From Blasia pusilla (taxonomy: Eukaryota), in the NCBI GenBank assembly GCA_050084515.1, contig CM114271.1:1426001-1490000 (forward strand): a stretch of 64,000 bases of DNA, in the 5' to 3' direction. Shown here piece by piece: positions 1 through 13,300 of the stretch (within the stretch, counting starts at the first letter, position 1; the number at the start of each line of letters is the position of its first letter). The translations under genes were made by a program, and so were the position numbers. The notes beneath the pieces are model-generated. The model had not been told where the DNA came from and ran no database searches. It saw nothing but the letters and a program-made list of their open reading frames with translations.

Positions 1-2880
1 TATATTGAACAAGTCAAACCTTCCCAAGACAGGCCCGGGAAGTCGTCCTCGTGCACAAAAAATAATCCGAGGAGAGAGTTGGAAGCGAGGATGCCAATGT
101 CATTTTTCAGTATCCAAACTGAAGTCTCCAATGCATGCGGCCAGAATAGTTTACAAACACAGATTGCACATAGACAAGGATGGAAAACCATGCCATGGAT
201 CTAATGATCCAACAAGTTTGGGAACTCCAACAATGTATTCTCCTAGGATCTCAAATGAGCTGAGATGCTACATAAAAGAGAGACTTCGTCTTGGGGTAAA
301 GCCCCACCAGATTATGTCGCAGCATGGCCTCATGCTAAAATATCGATCTGAAACATCTCTTGACTTTCAAAAAAGCATGATAAGGGATGATTTCATGCAA
401 ATGCATGATATTGCAAATGCAAAAAAGGAGTTGAATATGGAGACGTTCCAGTTTTGCATAGATGAGAATCAATCATTATGTGCATTTGTAAATCTCTATC
501 CAGAGAAGGTCTTTATTTATGAGCCTTATTTAGATGATGCCAGACCTTTCATATTGGGATTCCATAGCACTTGGCAGATGCAAGCGATGGTGAAATATGG
601 ACACAACAGATGTATTTGAGATGCCATTGCTACTTGTAAGAAACCTCATCTGTTGTATACTCTTGTGCAGTTTCCTTTGTACACTATTTTGGTGTTCGAC
701 GAGCACCATACTGGAATACCTGTAGCTTGGATTTTGACTAGTAGCTCAAAGGAGGTGCATTTGGTGAAATGGTTGCGGGCAGTGGCGGAAAAGTGTAGAC
801 TACAACAAAAATCTTGGGAGCCAAATGCAATCATAGTGGATGATGCCAACGCCGAGCAAAATGCATTAAGGTATTCTTGGGATCCTAAAGTTGCAGTATC
901 TTGCTGAAAGGGTACATCATACTTTTTTTAAAATGAAAAAACCTGTGTCAAATTTCCATCCAATTCAGATATTGATTACATTAGGAAAGGCATTCCGAGA
1001 CTGTTATCTCAATGAAAGTTAAGCACATGGTTATATTCACTTGCAAGGTAACTTTTGCAAAGTCAAATATCATACTTTGTCTTTGGTATGTACGCCATGA
1101 CTGGCTAAAGCAGCTAAAGCGGAAGGTCAGATGCGCGATAATGAGAGCTCACATGTCACGACGCCTAGGGGAGATTATGTATGTAAATCGATGTGGCACG
1201 TACACTAGAGGTGTGATCTTGGACAATGCGAGAATGATGTTGCATCAATTCTATGTAGACTTCAGGGATGAAGTGAAGTTCATCAACTATATACAGACTT
1301 ATTGGGAGCCAAAACTAGGTGGCTACAAACACTTTACCTTTTTTCCCCTTCCATAATTGTTCCCTTTTTTATCACACTTTCATTAACTTTGTGCCACTCA
1401 TTGCAAGGGCCAGCATGTACAAGATAAGGATGTGATTTGTTTTTGTGTGCAGACAAGTGGGTTAAAGCGGCGAGGGACTACCCTCATGCAAACCAGGACA
1501 AAAATGCTGCAATTGAAGCATATCATGGAAGCATGAAGGCAGTTCTAGCAGATGACAACAAAAGTATGTCTCAAAGAAGAGGAGACTACTTGGTTTGGAA
1601 GCTCAGTAGTTTTGTAGAGGCATGGTACTTCCATATACACTTGCTGAAAAAAAATGGGTTTGTTCGAAATGCAGTAGAGGAGCAATATGTGAATAATGCG
1701 ATTCAAGGGAAGAGAAATCCCCAGATGATGTGCAACTTACTGTAATCTAGGGGCAAGTTAGGATGGCACGGGTGAGGAGCCAAACCATACCCAATAAGTG
1801 GTATGAAGTCTACAACTATGACACTGAATGGGGCCATTGTGAGTGTCCTTGGTCACTAAAAGGAAACATATGCAAACATATGGTAAGAAAAAGGTTGGTT
1901 TGTCTTGGATAGCATAAAATTAAGCAATCTTGCACCTTTTTCTGCACGTCATTTTATTGATTGAATCTTTTCAATTGATTCCTTCCATTTCTTTGTTGAT
2001 TGCTGCTCTACTACGAGATGATTACAGCAAAGAGGACCTTGTGAAAATACTTGGGATGAGAGTAGGCACAAAGCATGGCGGAATTGCTCAATTAAAGATG
2101 AGCAGGACGGATTCAGTCACTCTTGACCTTCCATTGTCCAATCACATCCTAGACCTCAATGATACACAAGGTGAATGATATGGACACCATCTAAATTACT
2201 CATGATTCAAGGGGACACTTGTGAGGTTGCTTGTATATATATCGACGTGTGTTTTGGCAATTCATCACATTCTCATGTATTTATGCACTATTTGGTGTGA
2301 TTCAGGAGGCATTCCATATGAAGATATGGACACGGGCACTTTCACTCAAGATACACCAATACTTGAAGCACTGAACATCCCCAAACCAAGTAACAAGGAT
2401 ATGGATATGGACAAGTCAGACTGAGTTGCGGAATCAGTGTCAAGGAAATGAGTTATTTTTTACGATGGCGTCCAAAATGTTGAGAGAAATAAACGAGCGG
2501 ATTGAGAGCGCAAAAGTTATGTTTGTGAACGGCTTGACTAATCAGCCCGGAAATCCCTTCCAGATTTACAAGGACGGGTTCCAAAATAATAATTCGCTTA
2601 AACGAGTGAAGTCCAACATCGAAGGATGGTCTAAACAAGCAAACAGACGAGGTACACAATATGGAGCAGGACATACCAGAGTGATGGCTCAGCAGGGCCG
2701 AAACTTCAAGCAAGTTACCATGCTTTCCAAAGCCCAAAACAAAGAAGAAGAAGTTGGGACCACAAAGTCGAGTCGGACAAACAGCAATGTCGACCTTAAA
2801 CAATACGAGCCGAGTACTTGGTGGCACATAATGTCAGTGGTATTTTTCAGTTGTGGGAAGGTATGCCTATGCCCTGTAAA
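1..2880 (+). pseudogene. Mutator-like (MULE) DDE transposase with SWIM zinc finger; 5'-truncated by the window and disrupted
   Basis: Fragments KRGCQCHF..HIDKDGKPCHG, FPLYTILVFDEHHTGIPVAWILTSS, WEPNAIIVDDANAE, LCLWYVRHDW and NAAIEAYH. SWIM motif CECPWSLKGNICKH at 1838-1879 is followed by a GTAAG donor. Probable GT-AG introns near 870-1048 and 1319-1452. In-frame stop at 617-619. Confidence 0.8.
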
Positions 2881-3621
2881 TGATGCATTTCCTTACAATG
2901 AATATCATTGAATTTTTTTCCCACCACGAGTAGTGAATAATTAACGGAATGCCTTTCACGTTTGTCGTTAGGAAAGCATTCTTACTTTACAGTTCTTCAC
3001 CGCGTTGGATCGCGGAACCTAGCCTAACACAGCCGCCGGCCCTAGGCTTCCAAACTTGCAGGACGAGGCATTTTTTATGCGCGTGTAGGACCGGGACCAA
3101 GCCATTACCATTCAAGTTTTAAAGTTGTAAGGTCTAACACGATCAGGAGTGGCGTTTCGATTTCGTGGCATTTCGATTTCAGGGGGCCAATCTGCACGAG
3201 CTGGTATGGCTACTCTTAGACGCGCATTTCTGGATAGGAAATAGAAAAATTTTGGGCCACGGGGTTCTGTAATACTAGTGATATCGCAAGGAGAAATTGA
3301 GTGAACTGCTTCTTCAGGGAGAAACTTAGTGAGGAAGTATTCGACTCGCGCTCGTATCCTCCATTTTGGAGTTGCTCTGCCAAAATTTTGATTCCAATCT
3401 CAACAAATCCATTTTCATCAGCGACCATGGAAAGTATTGATGCAAGAAAGAGGACCAGAGAAGTTGTGATCGAGCTTGGCCAAGATTCCAAACCTGGATA
3501 AGCACTGGATGAAGGCGATAGAGGCAATTCATCACTTCAAGACATTGGGAAACGCCAGAGGAAATCCAACCACACCAATTCTTACTCTCCATTTTCTAGT
3601 ACCAATCTGTCTTAATCAGAT

Positions 3622-4053
3622 ATGAATAGGAACTTTGATGATGCATTTGTGAAGATTTTCATGCGCCTTGTAGGAAACAAGGCACCTAAATCTCATAAGG
3701 GAACATTTTCAGAGTTGCAAGAGTTGTCAACCAGGTTGAAAGTAATCTCAGATGTTTGCAATACAATGGAGTCTATTGTGAAGGGATTTCAGAATCAACG
3801 AATTTTGCTAGGCAAGCTAGAAAGTTACCGTTTAGAAAAAACCATTGATGGTTTGCCGGAAATCATTGAGAAGTTTGTGTTACAAGTGAAAGCTCTTTTG
3901 ACAGATGAGAGTATCGTACAATTGATGATGGCAAACAGCGAGTTTTTGCAATGTTTAGATCAGAATCGTAGTGCTTGGGAATTTCTACGAGCTCAGATTT
4001 CCTTTGATCTTTGCCCCAAGAAGTTTAGGCATCCAGTTCTTCATCAATCTTGA
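3622..4053 (+). CDS. 143-aa ORF of unknown function, possibly transposon cargo
   Basis: ATG-initiated ORF with protein-like helical composition; no motif recognised. Confidence 0.25.
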   Translation: MNRNFDDAFVKIFMRLVGNKAPKSHKGTFSELQELSTRLKVISDVCNTMESIVKGFQNQRILLGKLESYRLEKTIDGLPEIIEKFVLQVKALLTDESIVQLMMANSEFLQCLDQNRSAWEFLRAQISFDLCPKKFRHPVLHQS

Positions 4054-6269
4054 ATCCAGATTATCTCAAACGACATTTATTTGAGCTTTCTTTTGGTTGT
4101 AGGCTTGGCATACTTGGGAGATGATCTTATGTATCTATCTGTCACACAGATATTCTAATAACTTTATGATCAGAAATCAATTACAGAATCGTGTGTTTTC
4201 ATGATATTTCCTTTATCATATCCTATTCATGGTCTGCTAAGTCTGTATTGAAATACACCTACACATGCACTATACACACTATGCTTTTAGCTGAAAGCAC
4301 TGAACATGTTGAAGATGATTGAATAATGCCTTCCCTTCCATAAATTCCAAGTTGTTGGAGTACTTTATATTGCATACCATAATGGATCCAAAAAACATCG
4401 TGATACGTTAGATTTAGATAGCTAATCTCTTGAATAGTTTGGGTAAATTTGAGGATCTGCCCAACACATAGTCCAAATTGTATGAGCAAAATATTTACAT
4501 GGCTTGAAAAGCTAAATATTTTATGTATAAAAGGATTGATCACTAGCAGGTGTTTTGACATACAATGTCATAATACTTTCTGTTTTATACTTGCAATTGG
4601 AAATCCCATCTTCCAAGTGTTACATCCATCAAACCATCTTGCCCATATCACATATGGGACCGCCACTAAGAATATACGAAGCATATAAAGTATTTCCTCG
4701 ATGGGAATGCTATAATGCTTTCTTTCTCATGCCAAAATAATATCCGTCTGTGAGTTTGTGGCAAAGGTGGAATGTTCTTGTATTCTTTGACATGTTTGCC
4801 AGATATAACCATTCTTTATACAATTGCTTCATTTTATGCTTGGTATATCACATAAGGAAAGCCTACCAAATGGTCGGAACTTTATCCAATGTCAATTTAG
4901 GAAGTATGACATAATATGAATCACAAGGAAATTCACTCTTCAACTTAAGAGTTAACCCTCTCTCAAGCAGTAGTACTTTTTACTACGTACTACATCATTC
5001 TGCTAGACTACACTGACAAAATCTACAATTTCTTGTAATATGCCTCATTTTGGCGACCAAACCTTAATATTCCGCCACCTTTCCTCCTCCTCGTCAATTT
5101 TCTTCTTGTATCCGGAAAGTTGTTCTTTCCCATCGATTTTCCATACACCATGCTAGAGCTTTAGCCTCTCTTTTCCTCTTCCTCATCAATTGCACATTCG
5201 ATGTAGAACTTGCAACTTCCTCTGCAAATTGTTTTAACTCTTATTCCACTTCCTTAATTTTTTCCAGCTCTATCTCTTCCTCTATACTAGCTCTTCTAAT
5301 TCTCGACGGGGGGACTTTGTAGCCAAATTTTTTCATCCGATTCACTTGGAGGCATACGCCTTCAAGACGCACCCTTCATTGACAACATAAACAACACAAG
5401 TTAAAATATCACCACTACTCGTTAAAGCAAGTTTCAAGGTCTATAATGTATTTGAAGCAATTATCAAAAGAACAAATAATAGGATGATCAATTTTGACTT
5501 CATCAAAGAACAGTGGTGGTGTACATAGAAAATGGTTTGATTATAAACTAGTCCACTTCTAATAAATTACATTTGCCTCAATAGTATCTACACCATCACA
5601 AGGAATACATTCCAGCTATCTAAGTGATTGTTCACTCTAAATAACCTTCTCATAGGGTCGTCATGTGAGGGCTATCTCCTCATTCACGGACATTGTATTT
5701 TTGTGAGTGCTTCTCTTTCTTATGAGAACATATCAAGTAAAATCTAGTATTTGAGATAATATATCTCAACTCGCTTGATCATACCGGATTTAATGTGTTT
5801 TTCGACACATTCTTTCCAAAGTGGCTCTGCCTTCTCCTTAAAAATGATATATAACATTTACAATATTCACTCAATTGTATGTTACATACATATAGATCAT
5901 TTTATTCAAACATCACAAATGATAGCTTAATCCGCATAAGCATCTACCATTCAGAAAATCCTCTCTCATGAAATCGAAAGCATTATGATAGCCCCAAATT
6001 CGATAGATCGAAAGCACACCTCTTGCAACATGGTCACTTTTGGCATCCACACCCAACCCAAACAACTCAAAGATAACATAAGTGACATCCTATACAATGG
6101 CTCTTGACTTCCGTGATGAAAAACTCAGCCTAACAACGGAAGTAACATGATCAATTTATTGAACCCATGACTTGTATACGCATCGGTGGGGAGGGATCAA
6201 CATGTTCATAAATACGTTCGTCTTGTTCTGATATTCACAAATATATTGAACCCATGACTTGTAAATTTT

Positions 6270-8370
6270 CGTGGAAAGCATTCCGACATTGTCTAATGGG
6301 ATACTCGCAAGGCTTTGCACTTCAAATGAACTATGAACCGAAATCTCCCCACGACATACTAGGAGAATGATTCCATTCACAGGGTTGAAGGAATGAATAT
6401 GGACTAGACCATGCACAATAACACGCAATGAATAGAAAAGCCCATCGCATGCCAACCTTGAAAATGGAAACAATTCTAACTCTGTTCATGGAAAGCATTC
6501 CGACATTGTCTAATGGGATACTCGCAAGGCTTTGCACTTCAAATTAACTATGAATTGAAATCTCCCGACGACATACCAAGAGAATGATTCCATTCACAGG
6601 GTTGAAGGAATGAATATGGACTAGACCATCGCATGCCAACCTTGAAAATGGAAACAATTCTAACTCTGTTCATGGAAAGCATTCCGACATTGTCTAATGG
6701 GATACTCGCAAGGCTTTGCACTTCAAATTAACTATGAACCGAAATCTCCCACGACATACCAAGAGAATGATTCCATTCCACGGGGTTGAAGGAATGAATA
6801 TGGACTAGACCAGACCACCTAATGAATAGAAAAGCCCATGCCAACCTTGAAAATGGAAAAATTCGGACTCTGTTCATGGAAAGCATTCGACATTGTCTAA
6901 TGGGAAAGGCTTTGCACTTCAAATTAACTATTAACCGAAATCTCTCCACGACATAACAGATAATGATTCCATTCAGGGTTGAAGGAATGAATATGGACTA
7001 GACCATGCACAATGGCACCCAATGAATAACATGCCAACCTTGAAAATGGAAAGCATTCGACATTGTCTAATGGGATAATCGCAAGGCTTTGCACTTCAAA
7101 TTAACTATTAACCGAAATCTCCTCACGACATACCAAGAGAATGATTCCATTCACAGGGTTGAAGGAATGAATATGGACTAGACCATGCACAATGGCACCC
7201 AATGAATAGAAAAGCCCATCGCATGCCAACCTTGAAAATGGAAAGCATTCGGACTCTGTTCATGGAAAGCATTCCGACATTGTCTAATGGGATAATCGCA
7301 AGGCTTTGCACTTCAAATTAACTATTAACCGAAATCTCTCCACGACATAACAGGATAATGATTCCATTCACAGGGTTGAAGGAATGAATATGGACTAGAC
7401 CATGCACAATGGCACCCAATGAATAGAAAAGCCCATCGCATGCCAACCTTGAAAATGGAAAGCATTCGGACATTGTCTAATGGGATAATCGCAAGGCTTT
7501 GCACTTCAAATTAACTATTAACCGAAATCTCCCGACGACATACCAAGAGAATGATTCCATTCACAGGGTTGAAGGAATGAATATGGACTAGACCATGCAC
7601 AATGGCACCCAATGAATAGAAAAGCCCATCGCATGCCAACCTTGAAAATGGAAAGCATTCGGACTTTGTTCATGGAAAGCATTCCGACATTGTCTAATGG
7701 GATAATCGCAAGGCTTTGCACTTCAAATTAACTATTAACCGAAATCTCTCCACGACATACCATGATTATGATTCCATTCATAGGGTTGAAGGAATGAATA
7801 TGCACTAGACCATGCACAATGGCACCCAATGAATAGAAAAGCCCATCGCATGCCAACCTTGAAAATGGAAAGCATTCTAGCTCTGTCAAAACCAAGAGCG
7901 CCTCAATCGACCCTAAATTTGTGTGCTGCTAATTGTGCTTATGGAAGGCATTCCGGATTCGCAATAAGTATTGGAGCCCGGCTGTCAACCTCGGGCCAAA
8001 AAAACCTTCGTGGGTTTATCACAAGAGGTACCTTGTACACCTGTGAAATGATTGAACCCGTTTATGGGTAATACACATCGGTGGGGAGAAATGAACATCT
8101 TGATACACACGTTCGTCTTGATCTGATGTTCACAATTGTATTGAACCCATTACTTATAAATTTTCATGGAAAGCATGCCGGCATTGTGTAATGGGATACT
8201 CGCAAGGCTTTGCACTTCAAATTAACTATGAACCAAAATCTCTCCACGACATACCAGGATAATGATTCCGTTCACAGGGTTGAAGGAATGAATATGGACT
8301 AGACCATGCACAATGGCACCCAATGAATAGAAAATCCCATCGCATGCCAACCTTGAAATGGAAAGCATTC
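6270..8370. repeat. Tandem array of ~217-bp units (about 9 copies, some internally deleted)
   Basis: Anchor GCACTTCAAA recurs at ~6317, 6534, 6718, 6914, 7091, 7308, 7501, 7718 and 8212. Each unit carries GGAAAGCATTCCGACATTGTCTAATGGG and CAGGGTTGAAGGAATGAATATGGACTAGACC. Confidence 0.95.
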
Positions 8371-9260
8371 TAGCTCTGTCAAAACCAAGAGCGCCTCAAT
8401 CGACCCTAAATTCGTGCGTTGCCAATTGTGCTTATGGAAGGCTTTCCGGACTCGCAGTAAGTATTGGAGCCCTGGCTGTCAACATCGGGCCAAAATCTTC
8501 GTGGGTTTATCACAGGAGGTACGTCATAGACCTGCGCAATTCTATCTACTTACCCATCTAGTTACCTACCTGATACAGTCTGTGCAATGACGAACATGTT
8601 CATAAAATGTATACAAACCTCACCTTCACGTTGAGACAAAAAGAGGAGATTCAAAAATACATTTGAAGCCAATACAAAGCAATCCCACTCATGCCAAGAA
8701 GGAATAGGACCATGAACGGAACGAAGCTGGATCAGCAATATAGAGCCAACATGACCATGAACGAAGAAGTGGCATTTCGAATTTGACCAATGAACATGCA
8801 TATTAGAAAAGAAAACACCAATGGCTACATCTCTAAATAATATGCTAACGCGCGGAACCTCTTACACTTGGACGAGAATCGGATGAATAAAACAGTTGAT
8901 CCAAATCCCCTTAAGGCACGCAAATTGACCCTAAATTCGTGCGCTGCCAAATGTGCTTATGGGAGGCATTCCAGACTCGCAGTAAGTATTAGAGCCGCGG
9001 ATGTCAACATCGGGCCAAAATCTTTGTGGGTTTATCACTGGAGGTACCTTATACACCTGCGCAATGATTGAACCCTTCCTCTTGTTCTCATGTTCATAAA
9101 ATGTACACAAACCTCTCCTTCACGGACGGACAAAGGAGATTCAACAATGTTCGTATTGAAGCCGATACGAACAATCCCACTCGAGCCAATAAGGAATAGG
9201 ACCACGAAGCAGGATCATCAATATAGTGCCAACAGGACCATGAACGAAGAAGCCAAAACG
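7880..9260. repeat. Secondary repeat blocks flanking the array
   Basis: Block ACCCTAAATT..GTGCTTATGG..GGGTTTATCAC occurs at ~7880-8058, 8373-8540 and 8925-9075. Block ATGTTCATAAAATGT..GACCATGAACGAAGAAG occurs at ~8596-8770 and 9090-9252. Confidence 0.85.
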
Positions 9261-10389
9261 TTCAGAAATTAGCGCCTGTTGAAAAATGCAAATACGGAGC
9301 AGGTTGAGGCAACATGACCACGAATGAATTGCAAACAAGCTCCCTCAGGCCTCAACGAACGAATTGCATACAAAATCCCTCAGGGCAGGCGGGGTCACTA
9401 CCTCTCCAATGCGCCAAAGAATCTGAACAAAGCGGGGTCACTTTTCAGCGTGGAAGGTCGGAATGAGATTTGCCCAGTAGTGCTGCTGATTTATAGCGTA
9501 GTACATTTGAATTTCAAATCATCACGGTGCGATGGCATGCACTCACCATCCGCATGCCATTTACATGCATATGAGACCGCCATCCCACATAAGAACGGAT
9601 ATCCATCTTCGAATATCTGGTGCCGACCCTGAATAGTGCCGCCGCCGGAAAGTTTTACCACGGGCATTACTAGAGACGATCCCGATTCCGAGCAGGCAAT
9701 ACGGGTGAAAGGACCCGTCACTCAGACACGACCCACGAGGCATCAATAACACCTCTGATCTCTCGGACTATCGTGAGGCGGTCGAGAGAGGGGGATGGAA
9801 GAAGGAGCTCCAAGAACGCGGGCAGCTACATAGGGCAGCATGCCCGAACTTGAGTGCAGGGCTAGGAAAAGGGAGCGCAGGTTCACGGTCGTCCATGCCA
9901 AAAGGAAGAAGGGAGATGAGGAGAGTCATTATGACTCAAGGTCAGGAGTAACGGAGCTGGCAGCGGGTCAAAAGCAAAGCCGCATGCTCATAGGGAGCCA
10001 TGGGCGGAGGTAGGGAGTCGGGACGTGTGAGGGGCGGCATGTGTAGTGGAGGCCGGACGTGGTAAGGCACTAGGTAAACACAGTAGGACCGGACGTAGTC
10101 GTGGTAAATTGACTTACCAGGTTGGGAAGCGGATAAGGTGGAATGGCTTACATAGTTAGGAGAGCTATGTGGTTGAGCGGGCTTGTACGCAATTTTTCCG
10201 AGTGAGATTTTTCGGAGATTATTTTTGGAAGATCGAAGCGAGTGTCAGTGAGGTGGATGAGTTACACCGACAATTTGCAGGGGAGAGTTCATGATGGAGT
10301 GTCAGTGCGCATAATTCCGACGGATTGTCCGCATCTATTGACGGGAGGATCGACTTGCTATGCGAGGAGATGGTTGTGATGTAGAGGTT

Positions 10390-13300
10390 ATCGTGTCACA
10401 TGGAGGAGTCAAGGTTGACCATGCAGTAGGTTAATGACAGGCGTGATCAAGTTACCCATTCGAGTCCCTTTTCCTCCATTTTTCTCGTGTCATTGAGGGT
10501 GTTGGGTCAGGTAGTAGCAGGTGCTAGATGGGTGCAGTTATGGTGATAAGTGTAGACTCCTTTCTTGTGTAGCACGTTGGTGAATATACGGAGGTTTCTG
10601 AGTAGGGGTCACGTATATGACCCGAGGATGTCAGTAGTTTAGGTGAGTTAGTGGGAGGCTCATGGTGAGCCGAGTGTTGGGTGTGCGTGAGGCCGTGTGT
10701 GTCATCACGGGACTACCATTAGCGTCGGTGAGCTAGTGAGGAGAGTGGGAGACTCTTGGTAAGTTTGAGTGTTTGAGCGGGTGAGACAGGGTTATCATCA
10801 CGACGTTCTTCCATAGTTTGGAAGAACGGGTAGTACGAGTAGTGGTAGTGGAGTGACACGGAGTGGTGCAAGGTATCGAGGGGTTTCTAGTGAGGAACCA
10901 CCCGACTCCCATCCGTGGTTGGATCGTCATCACAAGACAGCGGGTATGGTGACGAGACCGTGGACACAAACAGTGTCACGTGGGGAGAGATGGACGACAT
11001 GGGCCATCAGGGCATGCAACGTTTCTCGGGTGCAATAGGCACCATAGATTTAGATGACTTTATCCAAGAGTTTGGCACGTGGTGCTGCTTCCAGGAGATT
11101 AGAACCCCAACGCGGTTCAACCCTTTCATGGCGTGGAAGGGTCTGTTCTAGCATTTAGAGGGTCCTTCGATGGATGACTACATGGAGTTCCGATCTCTAT
11201 ACTCTGTAGAGATCAATGCTTGGAGGGTGTATTGGCCTCTAGGGTATGTGTCCACTAGTGGCCTTGAGGCGTATGATGGTATAGTGAGGGCGGAGTGACC
11301 TTCACCATCAGCCCGGAGACTAGATGGAGAGGATGACATTGACAATGGTGAGGTGGCAGAGACCTCTCGGGGTAGAGGACCACCGAGTTTCAGTCCTACA
11401 GTGGAGTTCTTCTGATAGTTGGGAAGGAGCTACCAAGGCGAGCGGACCAACAAGCTGATCTCCGCTGAGTCTTTAGGATTCTCATTGGAGATTGGATGAG
11501 AGTCTGAGGGAGGCGTTCACGCGCATGCGACGGTTCATCGTTGCCACATATGGGGTGACTGAGGTGCAGTGAGTGCAGTATTGGTACGAGGTGCTAGATG
11601 AGGAGCTATGGAGGAGAGTTTGGGATGCAATATTGCTTCATACAGCGAAGCCCACATGAAGGTGGTCTTCGAGTTGTCTGAGCGGATAGAGCTCAACATG
11701 AGTGAGGAGCAAGTGGTGACCATGCTTTTCCGCGGGATATGACAAGTTGACGAGTAGGAGTAGACCCATAGGTACCCCAACATGCACTAGTACCATGGAA
11801 GTGAGCCGATGGGCCCAGAGATCAGGGCGGGTATCGTGAGTCGATGAGGTAACGGCCCGTACTGACACATGTTTCCAAGCAAGGACCAGGGTTTGCTTGT
11901 TGGACGTGTGGAGGGTCACATAGGCAGAGGGACTGCCCCCAACATGGGAGACCACCACGGGCTCTCTGATTGCTCAATAGCCAAAGAGGATGGCCCCACC
12001 ATAGTTGCACTGTGATCATTGTCATCGATATGGTCACACTAGGGATAGGTGTTACGATCTTCGTCGGGAGGTACTCCCAGAAGTAGGCAAAGGACTTGGG
12101 GGCGAGAGAGTTGGTGGAGATCGAGTAGTGGGTGATTGTGGTGGTAGAGTGCCATCACCAATCACAATAGATGGAGGACGTGCACCCGATATAGCACTCC
12201 TTATGCGTATTGATCAGTTGGAGCAGAGGATTGCTGCCATGACGATGATGCAGTTGCAGGCAGGCGCGGAGCTCAGAGTAGCTAGTGTGGCGCTTGCCTC
12301 CACATCTTACCACGATGCTGGTGAGGATTTTGCGGGGATGGGATTTATGTATAGTACGGGTCAGGTTGAGGCTGGTGCGGTGGTGACTTAGGTGTCTGCG
12401 AGAGTAACCAAGCCATCAAGAGGTGGGTTTGAGATTGACCCATAGGAGGGATTGACCCACAGGAACGCATGGGCGGCACACCAGAGTTCCCTAGTCATTC
12501 ACATTGTCGGAGGCACTACATACACCATTGATGGTGCCTTGACAACCACTATTTTCCATAGGTAGGACAGGTGCATCGACATCACAAGGAGTTGGAGAGA
12601 CAACTCCTATGCCGGCTCGGGAGGAGCCAGTGTCGACCATGTTGTTGGAGGTGGCTACTAGGGTGAGCCACAATCCATTTTTTTCTGCCATGGAGTTGGC
12701 GATATTGGGAGTCGGACTAGCGGAGGTGTTTCGGCTGGCCGCCATGTTGTGTGAGTGTGGAGAAGTGATTGCCTCTCGTTTAGAGGTAGTTGAGGAGGTG
12801 GTGGACTTGCCCTCAGAGTAGGTGCTCGGGACGTCCCCCACTAAGTCATGGCATGCGGCGGCGGTGAAGTTGGTAGATATGCTAGCTCGACCAGCGATAG
12901 AATGAGCCATGATCACACAAGGTGTGGTATTGTTGGATAACCAAGCAAGAGTTTTTCGCTTAGTTAGTCCCACAGGTACAGTGTACCACCTGCAGCGCGT
13001 CCTACTTGATTCGGGAGCGCAACCCTTGATGTTAGGGAAGGCGGCGTGTTTGGCGTTGGGTTTATGGAAAGGCAAGATTGAGCGTTGTCCCTTTCACATA
13101 CAGATGTCTATTGGGGGCGTCTCGCCCATGCAGTACATGACTCGACAAGAGTTGGTGGTTAGAATCCAACCAGAGCATGAGTCGGAATAGTGCAATGGTG
13201 TGCACTCAGGCGATTACGACACCGGAAGAGTCGTATGATGTGTTGATAGGGAGTACGGTGTTGTACCCTCTAGGTTTCATTCTGGATTTTTGGGAGGAGA

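Noticed and set aside
1-2880. Functional domesticated host SWIM gene
   Set aside because: An in-frame stop and frameshifts in a TE-dense context favour a decayed transposon.
4259-6150. Minus-strand gene with a RING-like fragment (CLCGLSYHL*CL near 5910-5945)
   Set aside because: Too many stops to reconstruct; possibly decayed cargo but unsupported.
6156-7721. Repeated short ORFs (MQSLA..PLDNVGML)
   Set aside because: Translations of satellite units with frame-breaking indels.
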